DNA from: Octopus sinensis
Lineage: Eukaryota
DNA: 64,000 nucleotides
Direction of reading: 5' to 3'
Assembly: GCF_006345805.1 (NCBI RefSeq)
Contig: NC_042999.1
Location: forward strand, 122,388,001-122,452,000
Part shown: one piece after another, positions 40,296-53,520 of the stretch
Position numbering within the stretch: position 1 is the first letter of the stretch
Layout: each line of letters opens with the position of its first letter
Position numbers and translations under genes: made by a program
The notes under the pieces: model-generated
Database searches by the model: none
What the model saw: the letters and a program-made list of their open reading frames with translations, nothing else
Told to the model about the DNA's origin: nothing

Positions 40296-43200
40296 GTGAC
40301 AAAGCAATCACTGAGTGAAGCCAACTGTTGATAATATTTGATATCTGAATGACTTCCTTCTGTTTAAAGTAGCCAAACGTACATTTCAAATTTAAAAAAT
40401 GGTTTATGCAATGTGAGTTTATTAGAAAACTATTTGAAGACTGAGAACAGACCAAAGCATATACTGTAAAAATCTTAAAATTTATTTGATGAAAACGAAT
40501 TTGTATTCAATTTACTGAAACAAGTTTTCTTTCAAAGATGCTGATGTTTGTGAGCAATTTCAATTAGTTCAAAATATAGCATGAAACAATTCAGTCACTG
40601 AACATTTAAAATGCTACTCTATCATAAACTAGGTCTGCAGCATGTCTGTGTTTTTACCATCTTATTGCTTACTATTATCAATATTATTGTTATATTTGCT
40701 ATTTATGTTAGAAATAATATATCAATTACATTCTGTTTTAAATCACAATTAGCTGCATTTTGGAAAAGGGTTTAAATGAACTCAATGTTAAAAATGTTCT
40801 TTGTTAAGAATTATTTTCTAAGAATATCTTAACATTATTCACAGATCCTAGCATTAATGTTTCTTAGAATGTACCTGTATCTACCCATATGGATAATCTG
40901 ATAATTTCTTGTCAGAAATGGTTGTATATAATTCTAATCATGTTAATTACTGATGGGATGGTAAAAATGTTCCTTTATTGCCACATTGTCTTATTTCAAC
41001 AGCTAGGTCAGTGTAATTCTGTAGCTCTTCAAGTTGCTTCTGTGCAACACGATAGCAATTTGTTATTGGTATATTAATAATTATTATGTAAATGTGGTTT
41101 TTGTCATTGCAAATGATGTACTATTTATAATATCTGGTGAAATCATAAAGTCCCATAGAATTTTAGCATTGTCATTTTCTTAGAAAAGGTGAGTGAGGTT
41201 TATATGAATGCTACAGAGCCTTTCCTTGAGGCAGGGGAAATTTGGTGGATAGGTATATTCAAAGTTGCTTGATGTTATTGTACTTTCAAGTAAATTTTGT
41301 TGGAATTAGTGTGAGCAGCCTGAAATAAAAATCTGTATTATCTCAAAAAAAGGCACCATACAGGTATCGTTTATTTTCCTTTCTATTCATTTTTGTCTCT
41401 TTTCTCTATGCTAGTATGGGTTAAACAAATATACTATTTAGGTACCTATTTTTACAGTCAAATGCCGTTCTTATGTCTCTACAAACTCTCTCTCTCCTTT
41501 TTATCTATTCATATCTACTTAGCTATCTCTCTTTCAAATAGATCCTTTCTCCCTCATGCAGTGACATGTATTTAATATAAATATTGATTTATTGAAATTA
41601 TCTTCTCTATTCTTTGTGTGTTACTAATCAATACTGAAAAGTTTTTGTTTTACTACTAAAAGAAAAACTTCAATTTCTTCAGAATTTTCTCCATATATCA
41701 TTCAGTATATCCATACATAACTGATTTTTCTGTATCTATGACATATTCTTATTTATGTTTTATTGAAATACATGGCAATGCATGGATGATTCAGAGGGAT
41801 TAAAGATATGGAAGGAAATATTTTTGCCATAGTTAAGAAAATTTAATATAATTTCTGTCTAAATAATCTATTAGAGTGATACTCATGTAGAAAAGAATGA
41901 ATTGTCCTGTGGAATGATTAACTTTCGTTTAATATTTTTTAATGATTATAGAGAATTATATTTTAATTGGTACAAAGTGATGAAAAAGTCAACTTACCTG
42001 ATTATTAACTATTCAAAATCTAAAAGTTTTGAATGGGACTTTTGAAATCTTGTCTTTGCTGAGGAGAAGCTCCGATCATAAACACTAGGAATTGAAAGTT
42101 ACAGTAATATGTACCAACCTATAGGACATCCTCAAGAGTACATCTAAAATTACTGGAACTACACGAAGAAATGTATAATGATGCAACTTTGAAAGACTGT
42201 GTAGGCCTTATTCAAATACTTACAACAATGCAAAATTCACTTAGTTACTCAAAAGTCAGATGATGGTGTTGAACCATGCTGTGCATTAGTCTTACCAGCT
42301 AAATTATTCTTTTATTTGAGCAATAGTTACAAGCTAAATACCAAGATTTAGATCCAAATTCTAATATTTAGACTTCTTGACTCAAATATACTCAATGGTA
42401 CCTCAGGATGATGAATGTTAATTCTAGTAGGAATACAGAATTGCAATGCCCTGAACTTGATGTTTTACTTTTCTCAATTCAAATTTTACAATTTTTAATA
42501 TCTTTCAGATATTAATTTTTCAAATAATTCATTTTTATGAATTAATATTTTACTATAACCTTTTTGAATAAAGGAAACTTCAGATTAAATTTAGTGTGTT
42601 TCATGAAGTTCCAGTCCTTCAACACAGTCAAGGTATTTTCTCTGTTAAAACACACAAATATTGCCAATACTAGATTGAATATTCAAGTTATTGATTAATT
42701 TTAGTAATTCTAATGCAATTAGGCTTCACTTAACAAGTTAATTCTGAACAGATTAGCTCAGTTAAACTAATTTTCACTGGTCTTTTTCTTTGCATCTGAA
42801 ATCCAGTCTCTTATCAAGTGAAACATATTCATATTAAATCAATTTAAACACATTGATGAAAATTATTTTAGAAATAATCTCATATTTTCTCATATCAAAA
42901 TAAAATACAAATAAAATGAGATCAATTGGGAAACTGACCTTATATCAGTCATAGCATTTCATCAAAGATTAGCACTAAAATGTTCACCCAACTTTTATAA
43001 TTCTTAGTTGTAAATACAATTCAAAATTTTAGTAAAGTTCTGGATTTTTTGTTACTAATACAAGAAATGGAAACGATTGATATAATTTGAATGAAAGGAT
43101 ACATTTCCTCTTTCAATATTTTATTTATTTGCTGACTCAAAAAAGATTAAAATGTTCTAAACCTGTTATGACTATTCTGGAGAGAAATGATAGGAATTTT

Positions 43201-43562
43201 GACTGAAATTAATATTACTTCAAATTTTGAATAAAAATAGTATTTTTTTTAAATTTTAAGATAAAATAATATTTTAAAATAGAATAATATTTCTTAAAAA
43301 TAATCACTCATTAATATTAACTAAAGAAGTTACCTGTCCAAATTGTTTCTAAGTTACTAACATAAGATTTTTTGTCATTTGATTTTCATGATTACTATAT
43401 CCTCATCATCATTACAATTATGATCATACATGTTTTAGTATATGATTATTGTTGTTGGCAGCAACTGAACCGTAACATCTCAGAAGAAATTATATATGAC
43501 TGAAGCCTGGCTTTGCTACTTCCTCATACAACCTCATATAACTTCCTCATGCTACTTCCTCT

Positions 43563-43598
43563 TACAACTGATGAGTAATAACGTAGCTTAGTATTGTA
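43563..43598 (+). ncRNA. Hammerhead-like remnant lacking most of the GAAAC motif
   Basis: tacaa-CTGATGA-gt aata ac-g-ta gct ta-GTA-ttgta; stem I tacaa/ttgta is perfect, aaac absent. Confidence 0.35.
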
Positions 43599-44463
43599 TT
43601 TAAAAAGTGATTCTTGAAAATTTATTTATTGTTTGTTTTAGAAACAACATTTATGCCAGTTATAAAGCTTTAGTGTGGTGGTTATTCATATATTCTTTGT
43701 TGGCTTTTCACAACATGAAGTATGTTGTATGTGGAGTTAAATTGAGTTTTCAAGTATCTCATCATTTCACTTTGTTACATTTACAAATGTATACCCAATA
43801 AATTAATGAAACAAAGTTCAGTGAACATACTGGCTAGACACATACTGTATATAATCTGCTGGCTAATATTATAGAACTTACATCACTGCATATAGTTAAT
43901 GTACATTACTTTATACTACTGGTTAAGGTTTGTACCTTTTGTCAAGCATGACATATGCCTTTTATGTAAGAAATGTGAAAGAGGAGGAGAGAGAACAACT
44001 CATTAAGACAAGTAAAATAGACTCCCCTAGAGAGCTTAGTGGTTCTCTAGCCTAAGGTTGAATTTTCCTGTTTTTATAACTGTAAGTCAGCTTGTAAAAT
44101 CTTCAGTCAAACTGGCTGGCAGAAAAAGTTGTTACTTTGAAGTTTACTGTATAAAAAATAGTAAGTCAGCCAATGCTGATTGGTTAACCAATATTCATAG
44201 ACATAAACATCTTTTATGACAACACTTTTCCTTTTATGAAGATGAATTATTTCATGGTTCTAGATTAAGAAAATCAAAAAGCAATGGTTCAAATTTCAGA
44301 CAGGGTCTTAATATAAAATAAAGAAACCTGAAATATTATGAATCATAATGAATGATTTTGAAATGTTATCCATTAATGCTTACTATGTGCTTGGCAAAAT
44401 GTTTAGCTCAATGACCAGGTGTAAACCTATTAGTGTAAACCTATTAGTGTAAACTAATAACAT

Positions 44464-44507
<44 letters not shown>

Positions 44508-45174
44508 TTTAGCTCTTTGCCTCAGTAACCTTGTTTAGTGACAAAAGTTTTGTTAGCCCTTCCTTATGATATCAAATCTTCCATTAGTTGAAACTTTTAA
44601 CAGAATCTTTTATGGCTTTGGAGGATAAAGACAATGGTCATGATCTAAACAGAGCTGCTGAAACTGCCACAAGATATGCAAATAAAACTGCAACTTTAGA
44701 TTTACTGTAGTAGCACTGTGCATGAAGGTATCAAGTAATCCTCAGAACAAGAGTCTGGTTTAAATGTCTGCAATATGTTCTACTAAAAGCTGCCTATGGT
44801 CAGGTAGTAGTATTAATAAGGTAACAGATCAAGACCACCTCTCAAGAACAAGTGCTATTCATCTGATAGGATTCAACATACTTTCTGCCTATGTATGTTC
44901 TTTCATATGGTTTTTTTTATATTCCATCTGAAGCTGTGGTAAAAGACACTTGTCTAAGGTAATATACAGTGAACTTAGTCTTGGAACACATTACTATAAA
45001 GCAAATTTTGTTCAGATTAATATATCTCTCTGTTTAACATAATTATTGGAAGATGATGCTGTGTAATGCAATATCTTGCAGTAGAAAACTATAAAATAAG
45101 ATAAAAGAAAGAAAACTTTCTCCTAACACTCACTATATAAAATATCATCCATCTATCAGTTAAGGCATTCAAAA

Positions 45175-45245
45175 TAATACAGCGGTGGTGCCCCAGCATG
45201 GCCACAGCCTTTGGGCTGAAACATTTTTAAGGATTTAAGGATTTA
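45175..45245 (+). mobile_element. SINE family A-type terminal fragment
   Basis: gcggtggtgccccagcatggccacagcctttgggctgaaac. Confidence 0.65.
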
Positions 45246-46859
45246 TCACAAACAACATTAGTGTTCTATATTTTAATTTCTTTTGTGAATAACAATACTG
45301 CTTCAGCCTATTTAAATCAAATTGAATTTTTGCTTTTAATTTCAATTCTTTTCTCCCTTTGTCATTCTTTTCAAATTATTTCAAAAGTGCCTCTAGTTTT
45401 AAAATAAGAAATGCACATTCTAAGATCTAACATATTAATTAGCCCAACAATAAAAACAACGGCTTCAAATAAACTACAGATTTAAAAACTGTAGCTTGAT
45501 ACAAACAAGTGCTTCAGACCTCTTATAACTGTATTTCTTGGTTACAGAACCAGTAAGTTATCCTGAAGTGTCCATCAGTTAATTCCATCTTAACCACAAA
45601 TGAAAGAAACAATACAATTTTTCAATTACATGCCAGTCTAGTTCTGATTCTTAATATCTCTCTCACTTGCTTAAACACAGCAAATTACTGCTATTTCTAG
45701 ATCATGAGTTTCACTTTAAAAAGTACATTTTCTTCTTTTTTTTATGCTTATATCTTGAATCACACTAGTCAGAGAATGCCTTTATGCCTTTTTGCGATTA
45801 GGATATTAGTTCTGACTGTTCTGAACATATTTTTTCTTTAATAAGTGAGGGAAAAATACTTTATGTAATTATTTTTTTAATTTCTTAGATTTTATTATTT
45901 TTCTTCTTTTGCTAAAATCAATAACACCAGCTGAAATTCATTGAAGTTTAAATTTCATGCTTTATGTTAAATATTGATTATGAATTGGTGTCAGGACGCC
46001 ATAAAAATAATTGTTCAATTTTGGATGATACAAATCATATTTTTCTATATCATTAGAAAGTTGATATCATGAAGAAATTATTTTTATATAGTGCAAAATT
46101 ATTTTCTTGTTGCAGAATATTTGAGAAAACTTTCTATAATTAATTAAAAATGATTGTGATATATTTTTATCAAGAGACATTGTTTTACAAGATATTACTT
46201 ACATTCTTTAATTATAATTCTAAATCAGTTTTATAATCTTAAGTTTCACTTTAATCCTTCTAGATGCATATATTTGTTGATAATTACACTTTGCATATTA
46301 GAACAAAATAATAATAATAAAATAACCTTTAAATTTAATATAACAATAAAGAAAATTACTTTTTATTTTAATTTTAGCACATTGATATTCTAATTCCACG
46401 ACCTAAAGCAATCTATGGATCTAACTCCAGACAAAGCTAATTACATACCATTGCTATTTAAATGTCAAACAAACAAGATTTTTTTTAAAATTCACTGGTT
46501 TCTATTCTTGCTAAAAGGTATCACTTATATCATTACCAATGAAAAAAATAATAGAAAGATTATAAAATGATACAACAAAAGCAGTTGAAATCAAAATATT
46601 GTACCCTTTAGTCTATTTTATTAATGATTATTTTGGTGAAGAGTCAGGTAAGCAAATTTGAATACTCAGATTCAGACTGGATAATTAGTCTAGAACTCTG
46701 ATATTTCGCCAAATTTAATTATGATATATGACAATACTAATATTTGAAGCGTATGTAAATAGTCAATTACATTAACCCTCATACATTATGATCAGTAGTT
46801 GACGTCCAAATTTTTTCATGTATTCTCCATTTTTCCTCAACTAATTTATCTTACCATGT

Positions 46860-47060
46860 TAATACTAATGATGATGATTTCTCACATTGGTACAAAACAA
46901 GTAATTGTAAGGGAATGCTGTAATTGATTTGAATTCAGCTGACGGCTGGTATTTTATTGATATTCAATGGATAAGCAATAAACTGGATTCTTGTTGGTTT
47001 TTAAATTTTGAATATAATGTGACATGATTAAATGCTGTCAGGCATTTTGTTTAACATCCT
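46860..47060 (-). mobile_element. SINE family C, old copy
   Basis: ggtacaaaac..gctggtattttattgat..ttttgaat..taaatgctgtcaggcattttg. Confidence 0.55.
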
Positions 47061-47884
47061 ATCTACCTTTTTGACCACTTCAATACTACAAGAAAGAAAT
47101 AAAACAACAACAAAATTTTACATTAATTTTACTTATGTTGGACATATTTTACTAAAAATGTAGACAATGTTTAAATTTACACAAAAAAAAAGAAAAAAGA
47201 AAAGCCTAATGATTTTGAAATTTACTGTTTCACTTTTATGTAAGTAAAATTATTCAAAAGATTGTCTCAGAGACTTGAAAATAAGTCATTAAATGGAGTG
47301 AATTAAGAAAATCAATCACTGTTTGAATATAAAGTTACAATTTTATTACCATTTCGAACAGCAATGTTGCACTTTTACTATGAAATTTTGGAAAGATTTC
47401 AAAATGTCGATTTAGTCTCTTTGTCAGAAAAATAAAATTTAAAAAATATTTATAGATGAATATGCTTATGTATCTCTGTATATATCGGTCTACCAACCAA
47501 AAAACTAATGTCTAGTCTGGCTCTCCCCTCTCTTTCTTTCTTCTATCCTTTCTCTCCTCCACCTCTCTCCTTCTAGTTTAATTTATAACTGTGTGCATAT
47601 ATATGTTTATATATATAACGTCCAACCCTTTAGTTAGATAGTCATCATTTTTGTAGAGAACCAATCCACTTATGTCTGGTGTCAGAGAGTTTTGCACACG
47701 TAATCTTTTGTACATTTTATGCAATATGTTTAAAGTGTGCATTTCCCAATTATTATCCTTTGACTGAATAATACTGGTATATATCTATATTTATATGTAT
47801 TGTGAGAATGTTGTGTACTGCACACATTTCAACATTTTGCCAATTTTTTTTATTTTTGGTTTCATTCGTTTTTATTTTCCTGAT

Positions 47885-48300
47885 ACTATTGGATAAATTT
47901 TAGGACAATATCTTAGTATTCTTGCATTTCTTCTGGCTCTTTCAAATTCCGTTGAGGTCAATTTTGGCTTTCATTCTTTTGAAGGTCAATAAAATTAGTA
48001 CCTGTTGAGCAATTGGATAGATGTAACTGACAAACCTCTGCTTCTTAAATGTGTTGACTTTGTGCCAAAATTTGAAACCAAAGGTGGAAAGCTGGAAAAA
48101 TTGTTAACATGTCTGACAAAAAGCTTAGTGGCATTTTTTCCAATTCTTTAGGTTTTAAGTTCAAATCCCACCAAGATCAACTTTATCCATTACTCTTTCA
48201 GGATCAATAAAATACCAGTCAAGAACTGGAGTCAATGTAATTGACTAACTGCTTCACCCTAAAATTGTTGACCTTGTGTCAAAATTTGAAGCAATTATTA
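47885..48300 (+). mobile_element. Two tandem family C SINE copies
   Basis: ttcaaattccgttgaggtcaattttggctttcattc and ttcaaatcccaccaagatcaactttatcc, each ending aaaatttgaa(a/g)c. Confidence 0.75.
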
Positions 48301-48887
48301 TCTTTAAGTTCCAAAGCATAGATAGAGAAAAGGAAGAGACAGTTACAGGGAAGAAAAGACAAAATCAGCCTTTAAAATAGTTCTTAAAAGTAGAACCTAG
48401 CTAAGAACAAGCTTTAATGGAATAAAGCCATTTTCGTTTTCTAAGATTTTCTCCCCTTTCTCTTGTATTTCATTTTTCTCTTTGTCTGTGCATGTTACTT
48501 GCTTTCCTTGGCTTCTGTGAAACTTGAAAAATGTCTTCTCATCAGAGAATTCACCTTGACTATCCCTCCATCAGGCTCCTTCTCATTAGGGAACTCAGCT
48601 CATCTATCCCCACTATTGGGTTCCTTAAAACCTGTCATAATGCATTCTCTTCACAACTAGTACTAAGTCATCAACGCCATTTTGAGATTACTTTCACAAA
48701 TCTTTATTCCTATGCATACATAATATACTTCCAACATCTCTCTCTTTCTCCATTGTTACTTTATATTGCCAACATCCCACTTTCTCCCTTTGTTACTTTA
48801 GCCCCATATTCTCTGTATATAGATTCTCTATAAAACTTGTGCATGTGTGTTGGTGTTTCCATCCAAGTAAATATATTGGATGTATGT

Positions 48888-49235
48888 GTATATGTCAGGC
48901 CATTCCTATATGTAGCAGGTAACAGATAATTCAGTACAATCTGGTATATGATTGGGTTGATTACTAATCTGGCAGACACCAAGCTAGCATGGTGAGGAGG
49001 GCTACTCACAATTCAGCAGGTCAAATATAAAATTTGTCAAAATATTGATTAATCCACTACAGAGACAGTGGCTGTCCAGCAGTAACACTGGGAACTACAA
49101 AATGACAGAATGTGAGAAAGCATCCAGAAGGCCACTGTGAGTAATGCTTAGACATGTGCTCATTGGCCATGGCGAATGTAGCCTTTCTTGGAGAAAGTCA
49201 CTTTAAATAAAAGCTGTAGCAGCAGTCTTGATGAA
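48888..49235 (+). mobile_element. RTE-like 5' leader fragment, copy 3
   Basis: tatgtcagg..ggtaaca..cagtacaatctg..actaatctggca..caccaagct..tggtgaggaggg; later ctttcttggagaaagtcactttaaataaaagc. Confidence 0.55.
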
Positions 49236-49499
49236 AAAATTGCAAATAGAAATCATAATCATGGATGTTTTTGAAAACTTAGAATCCTTGGTGCAACATT
49301 AATGATGTGTGTGTGTATACATACACACACACACGAGTTCTTGGACTAATTATCTATATACATACAAAATTCACTGCATGTGTGTTTCCTTTATGCATGG
49401 CCAAACCACTGGATCAATCCATACCAGATTTGGCATGAAGGTTTTTCATTACTCAGGGAAGGTTTTGCCCATATAGGGGGGATGCAGCTCCCCCCATAG

Positions 49500-49628
49500 A
49501 CCTTGCAGTCTGTCTGTCTGTCTATCTATCTATCTACCTATCCATCTGTCTGTCTACCTATCTATCAATCTATTTATCTCGCTCTCTCTCTCTATATATA
49601 TACAGATATAGATATATATATATATATG

Positions 49629-49670
<42 letters not shown>
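49500..49670. repeat. Compound (TCTG)/(TCTA)/(TC)/(TA) microsatellite
   Basis: Directly visible. Confidence 0.95.
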
Positions 49671-49673
<3 letters not shown>

Positions 49674-50119
49674 GTAACAGAAAAGGAGGAATTTCGATTA
49701 TAAGCAATTAAAAAAGGAAAATACATACACTTTACATAGTTTTAATATCATTTTTAATATATCAACCGGTTTCATTTTCGCTATTCATGATATTATGGTT
49801 TACTTATTTGAATATGTATTTTCTTGAGAAGAAATTTTTGTCCATGTGTGTGATGATATTTATGAGTGAATTACTTCACAAGTAGAAAAATAAGGAGAGG
49901 TAATTGGTTATCGTTATTATTGTTGTGGTGGTGGGCAAGGGAGGTAACCGTTCAGCTTTCGGTAAGGGGAGGGGAATATATATGTGCACACAAAAAATTG
50001 GTTTTGAAAAACTTGTTTAGTGAGGGGATTTATGTACAGTGATGTAATCGTAAATTGAAATATGTAAATATATATTCATATATATATACAGCTTGTGTAT
50101 ATATATATCATCATCATCG

Positions 50120-50168
<49 letters not shown>

Positions 50169-50639
50169 ACGTGTAATTTTATTCAGTACAATATTTTATG
50201 ATTTTAGTCATTAGTATTTGTACATTTTCTATATTTACCATGTCAATTAAGTTTTTAAGAAATTAAAAGGTAAGTTCATGGATAAATAACAGTAATTGAT
50301 TGTACATAATTTTCTGTTTTATTTTTTATATTCCATGAAACATAAGTTGTGACAGATGTTGTTGGTAAAACAATGCAATATTAATTACACAGTATATTGT
50401 TTGAGATTACAGGTTAAAATAGAACAGAGTTCAGACAAGAATATCATTATTTAAATATAATCATAAAAACAATATATCTTAGTTTGCAGCCATCATGACC
50501 AGTTTGCATGAATATCATTCCGAGAATTTTCATTGTTATTTCTGTGCTTTACTGAGTCAATTGGATAAAATGTGTAGAAAATGTTGGTGTTCATAAAAAG
50601 TTTGTGTTGTAGCTTCAAATGTGTGTGAACATATTATAG

Positions 50640-50990
50640 CCAGATGCAAAGATAGAAAAAATAAAGTATGTATTTTTAAATTGGTGGAAATTATTCTGTC
50701 ATATCTAAAGCATAAATCTGACTACACATCAAATGAGAAAGAAAATAAGATTGCTCAGCTATAACTGCCATATAAGACAAAACAAGTGAAATATCCATAA
50801 GAAAGAAAAGCTTTTTTACCTGCTTAATGTGGCCCCAAAATGGCTCAATTTCTCATTGGGTACAAACTCTAATTGACTAAAATAACAAACATTACAATGG
50901 TGTGTATAAAATTGCCATATGCTAGGTTTAACTGGCCTAAAAATTGACAACTAATCAATGAGCCAAACTTTCTAACTGGCTGAAATAATA
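50640..50990 (+). repeat. Diverged direct repeat, copy 1 (partner 52380-52680)
   Basis: tttttaaattggtggaaatt..tctgtcat..ctaaagca and ctaaaataacaaacat shared in the same order. Confidence 0.6.
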
Positions 50991-52379
50991 CACATGACAA
51001 TGATGTAACTAACATGTTGGCATGAATTCACACGATTAACCTGTTCTTAGATTGCTGGAAAAAACAGTAATTGATAAGAATCAACATAGAAACAACAGAC
51101 AGCAAAAACCAAATGATGATGCAACTTTGCTTAGATGAGTGGATTGTAAAGTTTAAGAGTTGGGACCAGTAGAAATATATGACATATGCATGCTCAAGAT
51201 ATAAACTTGGAAGTTTGTATGATATGTACGCAAGTTAAACAAGTTAATCTGTTTAATATGCACATCATATTTAAGCATGTGAATGTACGATGCATATGGG
51301 TTGTGTAAAATGTGCTTTCACTCAAGCAAATCTGCAGAAAATGAATACAGTATGAGTTCCATGCATATTGGTCTTCAGAAAAGTGAATTGAATGATATTA
51401 GCATTCTACAAAAATGATGTATGAAGTTTGCTTTTGTGCTACCAAGTGCTCTAAGTGAATGCTAATTTGGGGCTAAAGGTGAAAAATTGTAAGCAATAAA
51501 ATGTCAGTCGCTCCTTAGCCACATTAGTTGGCAAGTGCATTATGCCTGAATTCATATTAAGTGTTTGTGTATGTGTGTGAGTGTGCGTGCACTTATGTTA
51601 GTGTTTGTGAGTGTGTTTACGTGTATGCTTATGCGAGCATTTGTGAATGTGCGTGTATACTTATGTGAGTGTTTGTGTGTGTGTTTATGTTTATGTGTGT
51701 GTGTGTGTGAGTATAAATACTTGGTAACTCCATTTGAGAGATAAATATGTACCAGAAAAATACCTATAAAATGTTTTGCCAGGTAGGCAGATTTGGAAAA
51801 TACATTTTTAAAACAGCTAAAATTTAAAATGTTCAATCAGAGTTTAAAATGAAAATAAAAAAAGTAACAAAATTAACAGTATACATAATCAAAGTAAAAG
51901 TGTTTAAGATATAGTCTGTTTATACAATTCAGGAATTGCAGCAGTAGTTTTACCAACCTTAGTGTTTCTTTTCCTCAAATTCTGTAGAGTAAGTGATTTC
52001 ATGTTAGTCATATTCTGTCCTTAAGCTTTCTTGTGTAAAAGGTGGTAGTATTGCCACTTTACAGTTCAGTTGACCAATGTTCTGCATAGCAGTAACTGTT
52101 TCATCATTGTTGCTTACTATTATTTCTGACTGAAACAAAACAGTAATGGTTGCAAGAGAGTAGCTCTGGAATTATATTGAGTGTCAAACAGAAAACAGAC
52201 CTCAAACACATGTGTGTGAGAGAGATTGTCCAAAAGTTATTTTTATGTTTCTGAAAACTGACTAGCGAAAGTGTGTAGTAAATGTTCATTTCAATGAAAT
52301 AATTTGTATTATGGAGTCAAGTGTGTGTGATCAGATAACAGCCAGCAGAGTTAAATGTGTGCAATCAGATAACAGTCAG

Positions 52380-52680
52380 ATAATGGCCAAAGGAGAAAAA
52401 ATGAAGCTCTTGTTTTTAAATTGGTGGAAATTGCTCTGTCATGGCTAAAGCACAAAGGTGACCCTAGCCAAAGATGATAGAATTAGTTTAACCATAGTAG
52501 TTGCTGGTGTGGTGAAGAGAAACTTGTTTGGGCATGAGCAGATTTGACAAGAACGCATAAAGATTTTTGATGTGCTTGATATAGCTTGAAACTGGCTCAA
52601 TGGAGAAATAGTTACTGATTAACTGAAATTTCTAATTGGATAAAGTTTCTGTTTGGCTAAAATAACAAACATCAGAATGC
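52380..52680 (+). repeat. Diverged direct repeat, copy 2
   Basis: Same motifs as 50640-50990. Confidence 0.6.
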
Positions 52681-52912
52681 TTGCAAGAAATACATCAACT
52701 TAGTAAGAATTTTTAAATGGCTTTACATGTGCATTAATTAGACAGATATAACAAACACACTTTATAGAAGATTAATGTAAACTTTGACGCATCAAGAATT
52801 AAATGGAAACTGAATACTAAAGTGCTTGTGTGATCTTAAATAGCTCTTCCATACTATAATTTCTCTATCTTCTCCTCTCCCTTTCTTTGTGTGTGTGTGT
52901 TTGTGTGTGTCC

Positions 52913-52947
<35 letters not shown>

Positions 52948-53194
52948 GAGTGAGTGGACAAATGAAAGAAGAGCACTCAAAACATTTATTAGGAGTTACA
53001 TGTATGGCTCAAAGTAGTTTGATTCAAATTCGTTGGTACTCTGAGTTTCAAGTGTGATGCTAATCTTCAGCCATTTTGAATTTGAATTAAACTGTTTTGC
53101 TCTATACATACATGCATGTATTTATATATATATATAGAGGTTTATATATATATATAAACCTCTTTCTAGGTTTACAATGATACTATTATCACTC

Positions 53195-53520
53195 TGAAAG
53201 CTCACCATAAATCTGTTTGGGTGTGCGTTCATCTGCCATTTGAACAATATGGCCAGACCATCTCATTTGGTTTTTCAGAATCATTGCTTTAATTGAAGTG
53301 ATGCTTGCAGACTCAAGGATATCTGTGTTTGGAGTAAAATAACTTCATTTAATGTTTAAAATGCAATGGAGGCAATTTTGGTGGAATTGTTCTAACAATT
53401 TGAAAGGTATTTCATAACATGCTCATGCTTCGGAAGAATACAACAGGGATGGTAGGACAAATGATTAGTAAAGAGCCAATTTTGTGTTGTTATTTTTATG
53501 TCATTGGTGTCAAATGCATG
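53195..53520 (-). mobile_element. RTE-clade LINE RT C-terminal relic
   Basis: TKLALY.SFVLPSLLYSSE..LEQFHQNCLHCILNIK..PNTDILESASITSIKAMILKNQMRWSGHIVQMADERTPKQIYGE. Confidence 0.88.

Noticed and set aside
41998-42019. Minus-strand exon with strong CAG/gtaagt donor
   Set aside because: The last 22 nt contain stops in all frames; could only be non-coding.
48463-48833. ORFs with faint similarity to a Penelope RT thumb
   Set aside because: No convincing motif; left unassigned.
49370-49500. Helitron-like fragment with ggggg/ccccc hairpin
   Set aside because: Resemblance only; no CTRR end or matching terminus found.
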